Shown here: positions 49,361 through 61,487 of the stretch, one piece after another | Layout: every line of letters starts with the position of its first letter | Numbering within the stretch: the first letter of the stretch is position 1 | From: Azolla caroliniana | Taxonomy: Eukaryota > Plantae > Polypodiophyta | DNA length: 64,000 nt | Assembly (NCBI GenBank): GCA_043228905.1 | Contig: JBHGNT010000015.1 | Span: 4,960,001-5,024,000 of the forward strand | Reading direction: 5' to 3' | The notes under the pieces: model-generated | Seen by the model: the letters and a program-made list of their open reading frames with translations, nothing else | Database searches by the model: none | What the model was told of the DNA's origin: nothing | Position numbers and translations under genes: made by a program

Positions 49361-52300
49361 ACGTGAATCTGTGTGTATGTGTGTTTGTGTGTCTCATGAT
49401 CTTGACAACTTGAATTTAATTTTGCCATTTTTTATCTTACATTCATCTAGTACTAATAACTTGTATTAGTGCACAAGAATATCAATTCGTTCTTTTGGAG
49501 TTTCAGTGCTCGAAGGGAAAGTTCGTGTCACTAGAACAAGAAAATCAATGCCTGTTGTGTCTTCTAAGAACAATTACAAAATAAAGCAACAAAAACATGA
49601 GGATTTAACATTACAAGTACAAGGGGAAGCAACTATCGTGTCTTTACAACAAGATGGAATGAGAACACAAGGAATCCTTAAAGAACCCAGGATCAATCTT
49701 CCCATGAAGTTTGATGGATCACTATCTTAATTGAGTGGGTTCCTCAATCAGGCACATTTAGTAATTCAAATGCATCCTCCTTGATATCCAGCTAATGCAT
49801 CACAACTGGGGTTAGTAGGCACATTACTAAGTGGTACAACATTACCCTTGTTTGCACCTTTGTTGGAAAAAGGATCTCATTTGTTGGAAAAAGGACCATG
49901 ATCGAAAGAGGAAAAACAAGGACACTGAGCAAATCGACTTTGTCTTTATTGTGATGGACCGGGGCATATTGCAATGAACTGTCCCCATATGCTAAGAAGA
50001 CAAGTAAGTCAAATAGTCCCATATGCTAAGAAGACATGTAGTCACTAGTACTAAACCCTAGTCCTAATATCCCAAGCCTATCAAACAAATTTGAAGTCCT
50101 TATTTGACTAGAAGAAGAGTTATTTAAGTCCAACCAAAATAGGAGCTATTTGGTTGGACAACTCTAGATCTGTGCAACCCATTAGTGGTTCCATTCCCTC
50201 TAAGCAAGTTAGTAATGTCTTCCTAGCTCAAGTAACAATTAGTACTAAAAGTAACCTTCCAGTACATGTCTTAGCACTCTTAGGTTTCAGAGCCAAATCT
50301 TGTTTCAAAGATATGAATTTTGCCCAAGCTCATTGGATATCCCTAAGAAAAAACCCTTGCCCAGTTTTTGTAGTAGTCATTGATGGTTTCCCCATTGCTT
50401 CTAGAAATATCATAGAACAATCAGGGCCGATTAGTGTTGTCCTAAATAATTTGGTCTGTGTAGTATTATTTAATGTACTTATTAGTCTAGAGCATCCAAT
50501 TGTTTTGGGCTTACCATGGTTCGAATCACACAATCCAGACATAGATTGGAGAACAAGAGAAATCAGGTATCAACAACCTCAAGGATCTATTCATAAGATT
50601 TCAATCATTTTGCTACATCAATTGTGTGAGGAAGGACGCAAGGAATCAATGCTTGTATTCGCAGTATCAGTGAAACCTTCTAACATCGCTAAGGAGGAGT
50701 CAACAATTCAACTTCCAAAGAAGTATCATCATTACATCGACGTTTTTGATAAGGTAAAAGATAGTTCTCTTCCTCACCATCGATCGTATGATTCTCCCAT
50801 TGACTTACACCTAGGAAAAGAGCCACCATGGGACCAATCTACAACTTGTCACCTACCGAGCTTGAAGTTCTTCAAGCCTTCATAGAGGAAAATTTAGCAA
50901 ACGAGTTTATTCGACATTCAAAATCTCTAGTCGGCGCTCCTATTTTCTTTGTCAAGAAAAAACATGGATCACTTCGTCTAGTCGTAGATTATCGTGCCTT
51001 GAATAAGGTCACCATTAGGAATAGGTATGCACTTCCCTTGATCTTGAGTCTTTTCGAGAGGATTAATGGTGCAAAATTTTTCACAAAAATCGACTTACAA
51101 GGATGATTCGATTAGGAGATGAATGCAAAACAGCTTTCCGCACCTCATATGGGCACTTCAAGCATATGGTTATGTTGTTCAACCTCATCAATGCACCAAC
51201 AGTCTTCCAACACATGGCAAATGATATATTCCGAGCTCTTTTGGACATCTGTTTGGTCATCTACTTGGATGATCTGTTAGTTTATTCAAAGACATAGTCA
51301 AAGCATGATTCTCATGTACTATTCGTATTAAGATGACTAAGAGAACATGGTTTTTATGCAAAGCTGGAAAACTGTGGTTTTGATTGTAACTAGGTGGAAT
51401 TTCTAGGCTATGTCATCTCCTCAGAAGGCATCTCTATGGATCCAGCTAAAGTCCAAATTGCATTAGAGTGGTAGACTCCACGTTCATTACGAGATGTGCA
51501 ATGCTTTTTAGGATTTGCAAATTTCTATTGCAAGTTTATAGAGGACTACCAAAAGCTTATTCTGCCAATCACACAATATACAAACAAGGGGCAATCGTTT
51601 GTTTGGACTAAGGAAGCGGACACAACCTTTGAGGGTCTCAAAAAAGCATTTACATCGGCTCCTATTCTAGCTCATGTTGATCCGCATAAACCATTTATCA
51701 TTGAGGCCAACACATCGGATTTCGCCCTCTATAGTATTTTGTCACAGCAAGGCAATGATGAGAAGCTACATCCCATGGCTTTCCACTCGCACAAATTTGA
51801 TGCTGCCGAAATCAATTACGAGATAAATGACAAGGAGTTGTTAGCAATAGTGGACTCTTTTGCACAATGGAGGCTTTTTTTAAAAAGATCTACTCATCAA
51901 GTCATTGTATTCAATGATCACAAGAATCTTCCCTACTTCCAGAATGTTTGCGTATTAAATAGACGACAAGCTCCGTGGGCCTAGTTCCTCACTTGTTTCG
52001 ACTTCAAGATTATATATCAGCTAGGCAAGGAATAGGGGAAGGCAGATGCATTACCATGATGCTCATATCTAGCTCCTCATCTTGGTGATCCGGCCTTTGA
52101 CAATCAAAATCTAGTAATTCTAGGTTTGACATGATTTCAAGCAATGTGGGTTTTTGACACTCCATTGGATTCTTGCATTATTGTTACCATATGTGAATAT
52201 TTGAAGATAGATGTTTTCGCTCAAGCTATTCTAGTTCAAATCGACCCCTCTTGGGTATCTTGTTCACTATCACAACAACCAAGTACGGATTATCAATAAT

Positions 52301-52979
52301 TCGAATGTCATGATGGATTACTGTTCTTTACGAAACTTCGAATAATACAAAATTGTCATGACACATACATGGCTGGACATTTTGGTAGTACTAAAACATT
52401 GGATTCAACAATCATTTTGGTGGCCTCATATGCAAAGATTTGTCGAACACTATGTTGAAACGTGTGATACATGTTGCAGAGTAAAGATGCCTAAACATCC
52501 TCCATATGGATTGTTGGAGTCATTAACGATCCCAAGCAAACCATGGCAATCAATTTCTCTAGATTTTATCACAAATCTTCCGGAATCGAAGGGCTTCAAT
52601 GTGATCTTAACATTCGTTGATCGATATCCTAAGATGGCACATTTCGCGCCCTGTACTAAAGATGTCACTTGTAAACCGCAAGAATTGTTATGTGTGAAGT
52701 ATTTCGGCAGCGTGGTCTTTTCGACAGTATCATCAGTGATCATTGACCTCAATTTGTCCCTAAATTTTGGAAGCATCTCTTCAAAATGCTCAAGGTCATC
52801 TGCAATCTCTCCTTTGGCTATCATCCCCAAATAGATGGACAAGCAAAATGTGCCAATCAAACACTCGAACAGTATCTTCGGTATTTCCTAAGCTATTAAC
52901 AAGATGATTGGGTAGATATTCTACACTTTGCCGAATTTGCTTATTATAATTCTATCCACTCCTCTACTAGGGTTGCACA

Positions 52980-55900
52980 TGTCATGAAGACATACATTTT
53001 GGCCTTACAAGGATTCAAGCCCACCACGTCTTGGTTTATATGTTAGAGCTTTAACTATTATAATAACATATCTGATGTATAGTTATAATAAATATATTAT
53101 TAGTTATTACAAGATATTTAGAGTATTCTAGGACATTCTAGAATATTTTAGATATTTATGTTATTTAATATAATTATGGAATATCCTAGAATGTTCTAGA
53201 ATACTCTAAATATCTTGTAATAATTAATAATATATTTATTATAACTATACATCATATATGTTATTATAATGGTTAAAGGTCTAACATATAAACCAAGACG
53301 TTGTGGGCTCGAATCCTTGTAAGGCCAAAATGTATGTCTTCATGACATTATCCCCCATTTTCGACGACGAGTTCCACGAGTCGGAAGACAAGATTTCGGA
53401 CTTGTCTTATGGGGATATTTGTTGTGAAACGCAACAACTATTTCGGAGGCATTAGCAAGACTCTCGAGAGGTTCTCATGTTCGATCATTATGTGTATAAC
53501 CTAACAAGTCAACCAAATAATACAGTTTGTTGTGAACGATCTTGGAGTCTAGAATGGCAACAACTTCATATTTAGAGCCATTTGAAACTTCGATTGGAGG
53601 TGCGGTAGATGTAAGACGACCTAGAATAGAGCTGGTTGTGTAGGGCTCCAAAAGTGAAACATGGAAGACCGGTTAAAGATGTATATGAAGGGGAAGATCA
53701 ACCCAATGTTCTGAGTTGTTGTAAGCAAATTCCTCCAAATGTAATAGATCAACCCAATCATCTTGTTGATAGTTGAAAAAACAACAAAGATATTGTTCTA
53801 CTATTTGGTTGGTGTGCTCACTCTACCCGTTAGTTTTTGGATGGTAGCCTGAAGAGATTTTGCAAGAAGTATGTAAGAGTTTGAACATGTGCCGCCATAA
53901 TTTTGAGATGAACTGGGAACCCCGATCACTGGTAATATCATTGGGAAGACCATGATGTGGAAACACCTCTCGCATGAGTAACTCGATTGTCTCTTGGCTC
54001 GTAATGGCCTTTTGTGTAGGGAAGATAATGTGTCATCTTCGTAACACGATCTACTACCATGAGAATATAATCAAAACCCTTGGAAGGTGGTAGATCTGTA
54101 ATGAAGTCCAATGAAATAGATTTCCATGGACTCTCAGGAATAGGCATTGGCTGTAATAAGCCATATGAATGATGTCGAGGTTTTTTGGATCGATAACATG
54201 TATTACAACTGCCAAAATGTCCAACCATTGGTGTGTCATGACATTGTTGCAAGACTTGGAGTCGAGAAGGACCATCAAGTCTATATAAGAGATTTTGTTG
54301 AAAAAGTAAACCATCATGCCAATTGAACTGGTTGTAGTCTTGACGAGGATTTTGAGATTGTGAACAAGAAGCACGATCCAGAATAATATGGTTCAAAATG
54401 TCTTGGGTGAATTCATCAGTCTCAATATGCTCCCCTCTAGAGTTCAGAATACTTGAATCCTCGGATGTGTCTATAGCATGGAATGCCATTAGTCGTAGAC
54501 GGTAAGGACCCAAGAGGATTTGCTTTCTGACTTTCAAATGCGGCCTCTCTTGGTTGAAGTTCCATATACGAACGCCGAGATAAAGCATATGCTTTTCCTT
54601 GTTGGGTCCCAAGGCAATATAGAATTACAAAATCAAAACGAGTTAAGAACTGTGCCCAACGAGCTTGTCGATGACTCAAGACTCGAGCACTTTGGAAGTA
54701 TGTTAGATTTTTGTGATCATTATAGACAATGATTTGTTGAGACGAACCCTCCAAAAAATGACGCCATTGTTGAAAAGAATCCACAATGGCAAGAAGCTCT
54801 TTGTCATGAATCTCATAGATTATTTTTGCAGCTTTGAATTTCTGTGAATGAAAAGCCACAGGCTGCAATTGGCCATCATTGCTAATCTGGGATAATACGC
54901 TTCCTAGTGCGAAGTCGGATGCATCAGCTTCGAGTATAAAGCGTTTCAATTGATCAACATGCATCAAAATTGGTGTGGATGTAAATGCTTGCTTTAATCC
55001 TTCAAATGCTGAGTTTGCATTTATACTCCACAAAAATGGTCCATTCTTTTGTGCCAGGTGAGTGAGGGGCAATACGATCTTTGAATAATCTTTGATGAAC
55101 TTGCCATAAGTTTGCGAACCCCAAAAAACAGTGTACATCTCGCACAGACTGTGGTGTTTGCCAATCCAAAAATGTTTGAACCTTTGCTGGATCCATAGAG
55201 ATGCCATGTGAAGAGACTATGTACCCCAAAAATTCCACTTGATGCTAGTCGAAACTACACTTCTCCAATTTTGCATAAAAACCATATTCACGCAACCGTT
55301 GCAAAGCTTGTCGAATGTGTATATCATGATCCTCCTGAGTTTTTGAGTAGATCAAGATATCATCCAGGTAACTATGATGAAAATATCAAGGAAATCTCGA
55401 AAAATGTCATTTGCCATATGTTGGAAAACTGCTAGTGCATTCGTGAGACCAAATGGCATCACTGTATACTCAAAATGGCTATAGCGAGTACGGAAAGCAG
55501 TCTTCCATTCATCCCTAGGACGAATTTGAACAAGGTTGTAAGCACCTAGAAGATCTAACTTTGTGAAATATTTAGCTCCACTGAGGCATTCTAGAAGGCT
55601 CGAACTCAATGGTAGAGCATATTGGTTTGGAATAGTTACTTTATTCAATCCTCGATAATCAATGACCAGACGAAGCGAACCATCTTTCTTCTTAACAAAA
55701 AATAGGGGTGCGCCAACAGGAGATCTTGAATGCTGGATAAGCCCATTCGCCAAGTTCTCATCGATATATTCCTGAAGAACCTCTAGCTCCGTGGGCGAAA
55801 GGCTGTAAATTGGCCCCCATGAAGGCTCTTTTCCGGGCTGCAAATCAATCAGGCAATCGTATGGTCGATGCTCTAGTAGTCTATTGGCTTCATCTTATCA

Positions 55901-57686
55901 AACACATCATAGAATTCTATGTATTTCTTTGGTAGTTTGACCCCCAATTCTTTTTAGCTTGATGTGGGAATTGCTAAAACGGCGAACACCAACATGTCTT
56001 CCTTTCGTCCTTCCTCACGTAACTAATGTATAGAGATTGTCGAAATCTTTTGGAATGTCATATCCTTTGTTGGAGTTTTAAGAGACTCGGACTCTATTGT
56101 GACCTCTTCAATGGTTCTTTTTCTCAAATCAATAGTTCGGTTATGTAGCCCAAACCATGCAAGACCAAGAACTAGGGCGTGCTTTGGACTACTAATGATG
56201 TTGAATGAGATGACACCAGCCAAATTGCCTACGACTACATGAATTGATTCAGACTCTTCAACTATATCACCCAATGCTATGGGGCGTCCATGAATGACTC
56301 CGACAGACACTGGGCTTGGGAGCTTATGCAACTGAATATTATGCATTATAGCAAACTCACGATTTATGAAACAAGAGTTGGCTCCAGAGTCTAAGAGGGC
56401 AGAAGCTGGGACTCGATGGCAGCTAGATGTGTTAATCTCAACTTGAGTAGAGAAAACATGACTAACTTGACTATATGAAATGGAACCACAACTAGGGACG
56501 AATGTTATATGCCTAGGGCTGTCCAACCGAATGGCTCTGATTTTGGCCGGACTTACTTGTTTAACACATCATCTAATTGGCTCAAGACATCAAATGTATT
56601 TTTATGACAGAGACTACTAGGCCTGCTTGGGTTACGAGGAGGCGGGGCAGAAATTGAAATGGGATTGTCATAAGTACTAGCTTAACTTACTGTTGTGGTT
56701 TCTGTGGAAAAATTCACAACAATATGTCCTGGACAACCAGAATAGAGGCAAAAGTGATTCGCTTGACATCGTTGCTTTTCAACATCCGATAATGGTCCTC
56801 GATGTCGTGTTGTCTCAATGTAGGGCCTTCCACCAAACTTGACTTTGATACTGTGGTGGAGTTGCAACCACTGACACATATGTTTCTGTTGGTCTGAAGT
56901 GTAACATTTGTTGGTGCTCAGAACGCCGCTCAAATAAGCGATTGTCACATCACACGATCCAACTTACTGCTTCAGTAAGAGATTTTGGATCATTTTGGAA
57001 GGTAAGAAGTAAATGCTTCACATAATTGTGCAGACCTTAACGAAATTGGTCCTTTACTGCGGCCTCGTCCCATGGAATATCACATGCTAGAAGGCGAAAA
57101 TCTACAGCATAAGCGGAAGCAGGATGATCTCCTTGTCGTAATTGCCAAATTTTGTTTATTGTGGTCCTCATACTATCAGTGTCTCCAAAGTTTCCTTGGA
57201 ACTCATTAATAAACCCTTCAAAATCTTCTAATAATGATGATTGCTTCTCTAGGAGTGGTGCAAAACACGTTAATGCGGTACCCGTTAACAAGGTACCAAC
57301 TAGTCCCACGCGAGCAACATAAGTTGGGTAACGGCTAGGATGCAATTTAATCACAAGCTGTACCTAATTTAAAAATCCACCGCTTTTCGTTGCAATAGAG
57401 TAGCCTCTAATTGATGCATCCATTGCAATAACTCTCCAAATTGTTGTACCTTCTCAACACTTACTTGTTGTAGGTCGCCTAGCAATCTTTGATTTTCTTG
57501 CTCCAAGGCAACGAATTTGGTTGTTAGCATATCGAGTTCAGACAGAACGCGCATATATGCTTGCTTGCTGACGGACTCCATAGTTACAAGAGAGATTTGC
57601 TAGATTTGCTTGAATAAGTTTAAGAGAAGAAGGAGAAGAAATTGGAGACGAGAAAAAGAAAATTCGGTTCAAACTGTCAAGACGAG

Positions 57687-57722
<36 letters not shown>

Positions 57723-58518
57723 TATATTATCGTCTTAGGAGGTCAAATATGACCTATGAGACCAAAAATATTACATTTCACGTGATACTCGTAAAAGTGA
57801 GTAGTGACTGTCAATGTTCATGAACTTTACCAATGAATGTTGCAATCACGAGTGCACATTGTGGTTGTGAGAGGAATTCATGCAAGGATTGGGCTCAGTC
57901 GAAGAGATGTGGAAAGCATGGTCGAATATGATCAAAGGCAGAGCATTGTATCAAAGTGTGATACTTAGACTCGCAAACTTGTTTAGGGCAAAGTGTGCAT
58001 AGCAAACCACTCTCATCACTTGTACCCCAACGCCCTGTCTCACATCGCAATGCATGTGAGCTAAGTTGCATGCAAGAAATTGTTCGAATGGCAGATAACG
58101 GTATGGGCTCTAACATGTATCGATGTGTACGATTTCCCCGTTCTACACACACACACACACACAAGACAAGAAATAGAAATAAGATTATATTATGAGGAAA
58201 CAAGATTACAAAGAGTAGGCTAAGGGCTAAAGATTGATGTTGAACCAAATGAGTTGTGATGAATGAATATACACCTAGTATAGGTCCTTATGGATTATTC
58301 TAGAATGTTCTAGAATATTTTAGATACTTATGATATTTAATATAATATGGAATATCCTAGAATGTTCTAGAATACTCATATTATCTTGTAATAACTAATA
58401 ATATATTTATTATACCTATACATGATATATGTTATTATAGTGGTTAAAGGTCTAACATATTAACCAAGACATCGTGGGCTTGAATTTTTGTAAGGCCAAA
58501 ATGTATGTCTTCATGACA
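52980..58518 (-). mobile_element. Nested chromodomain Gypsy element with a fold-back 3' LTR
   Basis: 5' LTR 58518-57675 (contains a LINE insert); gag, PR (LLDSGANS), RT, RH, INT, chromodomain; PPT next to 53348; 3' LTR 53347-52980 is palindromic. Confidence 0.88.
57688..58145 (-). mobile_element. 5'-truncated LINE (RTE-X/CR1-like C-terminal Cys/His domain) inserted in an LTR
   Basis: LSSHALRCETGRW..CTLC..E.KYH.LIQC..FDHIR; (TCTA)n tail; approximate TSD CAAGAC(G/A)AGA. Confidence 0.75.
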
Positions 58519-59204
58519 TCACCACCATTCTATGCTTATATAGGCTTTCATCCTCATTGGTGTGTGTTAGAAACTCTTGAGTTACATACAAATCCTAGTG
58601 TAGAGGATCATTTGGAGCGGCTACGATGAATTTAGACAAAACTATCTACCCACCTACATCATGCCCAACAAACACAAAAGGATTATGCAGATCGTCATCG
58701 GCTTCCATCCTATCTTGATACTGGAGATAGAGTATGGCTATTATGATAGCATATTAAGACTATTGGACCATGTGACGAACTAGATTATTGACAGTTTGGG
58801 CCTTTTCGTATTATTAGCAAAATTAACAATGTCACTTTTCGCCTTAATCTATCTCTGCAACTACGGATAGATATGATATTTCATAGTTCTCTTCTAAAAC
58901 TCTATCAAGACAACACTATTCCCAATCGCATGACACCACCTCCACCCCTGATCAAACTTGAAGATGGACTTGAGTACGAAGTTGCTGCCATCCTCGATTC
59001 CAAGATTATTTACAACAAGCTCTACTATTTGGTCAATTGGCTAAGCTATAGTCCTAGTGATCGTACTTGGGAACTAGTAGAGAATTGGCTAATGCTCAAG
59101 CTCTACTTGAAAACTTTCATTGTCAATATCCAAAAAAACCAAGTCCTCAATCAAAGACGACTCGTAACACTCGTCGTTTAAAAGGCGGGGATAGTGTCAT
59201 GATA

Positions 59205-59272
59205 TGGCTCCAATAAGATTTGAACCCATGAACTCGTCTTATATGGGTTGAACCCTTACCATTAAACTATGC
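59205..59272 (-). promoter_or_regulatory. tRNA-like A/B-box module in LTR U3
   Basis: Minus strand TAGTTTAATGGTAAG ... ATGGGTTCAAATCTTATTGGAGCCA; consensus A and B boxes. Confidence 0.65.
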
Positions 59273-59699
59273 ATTGTAGTACAAAAGATATTATTTTTAT
59301 TGATTATTTTACTCTAGGAAATTCATGTATATTCCAGATTTCTTTGGAACACTCTAGAAACTTCTAGAGTACTCTTGACAACACTATAAATAGAGGGACA
59401 AGGCATTATTCAAAACCAATTCTGTTCAACACCAGTCTTAAGCCTCCTAGTTGTTCTTGTATCTGTCACGAATACATAAGCATCATGGCTTCATTTGGGC
59501 TTCTCTTCACATAATATACCACTTGTTATCATCATTCTCTCTCTCTTTACTCTCTCTCTCTCCCCCCCTCTCTCCCTCTCTCTCCCCCTCTCTCCCTCCC
59601 CTTCTCTCATAAGTCCCTCTTAATACTAATCCTCTTAGTACTTTCCTCCTCTATCTCTAGTACTAATTCCCTTTTTGTCTTTAGTACTATTCCTAACAA

Positions 59700-60263
59700 C
59701 AGTATGGGTACAAGTTTAGGTATGCTCATGTCACAAGTTAATCTGGATAGCCATATGGCTTCCCTACATGCTTCACTAACTGCACCATACTTTGCTTCTA
59801 TAGTGGATAGAGCAGTACACTCTTAGAGATGAGATCTTCAAGATATGGCACCTTTCATAAATTGAAAAATATACCCTGAAATAGATTTTCTCTTGTTAGA
59901 ACAACTCGCATAATCAAAGTCTGTATATCCAATGATGGATACATTTTCGCCACGTAAACATAGACACTTATTCTCGGTGCCACTCATATATCTTAATATT
60001 ATTTTAAGAACCTCCCAATGTTTTTTACAAGGGTTTGACAAAAATCTGCTCATAGCTCCCACTGCAAATGCAATGTTTGGCCTAGTTGCTACCATAGTGT
60101 ACATAAGACTACCAACAATAGACTACTAAGGAATTTTACTCATGAGTTCCTTTTTATGATCAGATTTGGGGTATTCATCTTTGCTCATTCAACATGCATA
60201 TATAAGGGAGTGCTCAAAAGCTTTGCACTTTCCATATTAAACCTCTTGAGTATTTTGCATACT
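59700..60263 (-). mobile_element. Ty1/copia RT-RNase H relic
   Basis: MYTMVATRPNIAFAVG...GYTDFDYA..KRKSISGY...ALSTIEA. Confidence 0.85.
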
Positions 60264-61487
60264 AATGAGGGGATATAGAAACAACATAGAGAAGATAAGA
60301 GGAAGAGAAAACAATACCTCAACCTACTATTATGAAAACAATACCATCTTATTAGACTCTAAAAATAACAACCCCAAATAACTCTACTTTAATCTCAATG
60401 ACACTAGTGGGTGGAAGCACGCTACGGTGTACCAGAAAAGTATTGTTTTGGCCACAAAAAATGTTAGTTCTTTCGATTATGTTTGTACTAAATAATTGAG
60501 AAAAAAAATCAGAGAAAAAGAAATCGATTTTGGGGAGTGGGGTGAGTGTAGTACAAGTGACATTTAAGACAAGGAGTGGGGGGAACACGTGATGCTATGT
60601 TCTTTCCATTTTGGTGGCTATTTTCTCCTCACGTGGATTTGAACATTTTTTGGTGCTTCCCCTCAAACCAACTCCTCTCCCTCTATCTCTCTGAATTTCT
60701 TTGAACTCTTCATCTCAGACATCCATGTCAGGTTTTTGGTTTCCCTCCCATCTCATAGGTTTGTTTCGCATGTATCATTAGAGTGTGTAAACCCTATCTC
60801 AGGTATTTGGGTGCTTCAATACTAAACATGTTTTAGGGACTGTTCTGAAACTGTTACGCATGTAAATCATTAGAGACTGTTTTGAGATTGTTACGCATGT
60901 ATTATCATTAGAGACTGTTCTGAGACCTCTAATAACAACCAATATTGACTTCTTCGAGAACGATTTTCTTACTTCTTCCACCGATTGCAGTTTATCTTGT
61001 GGTGATATGAGGCTTTTTCCACCAAGGAGAGGATCCTTCCACCGATTTGAGGCATATTATTGCTGAAATACGAGGCATCTTCCATCGATTTGAGGGTTTG
61101 TCCACCGATTGGAGGCACAATACGGTATTCATCTTCGTCATTTCTTCGACTCATTGGAAAGTATTCCAATACTTGTTTGAGACTTCAACGATAATTGATT
61201 TATTTGGTAAGCACCCCTATTCTTAATTTTGACATTTTTAGAATGCTATAGTCTCATATTCGTAAATCTATTTTTTCATTTTCAATACTAAATTCTTTCA
61301 TTTTCAGAAATTTGTGAATAAAGAAATGATTATTTGTCATTTTTGAGCCATATTTCTAATGTCCGAAATGATGGGTTTCTCACTTTGCAGGCCGCATTTA
61401 AAAACATTTGACCGTGATTTCTTAGTGTAGTCTATATAACATTAAGTACTCTCACAAGACACTTAATTTATTTTAGTACTAAATCTA

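Larger units (their letters stand above)
49403..59463 (+). mobile_element. Degenerate chromodomain Gypsy element, interrupted at 52980-58518; 5' LTR mostly lost
   Basis: Gag/PR/RT/RH/INT fragments 49470-52979 resume at 58519. Chromodomain ORF 58873-59181, PPT 59180-59194, 3' LTR from 59195. Confidence 0.85.

Noticed and set aside
52980-53347. MITE or miRNA precursor
   Set aside because: Both arms are LTR U3 sequence next to a PPT, and there is no TSD around the palindrome.
59205-59272. Functional tRNA genes, or an encoded CCA tail, in LTRs
   Set aside because: There is no 5' acceptor strand or good anticodon arm. The terminal GCCA falls at the acceptor/discriminator position, not the CCA position.
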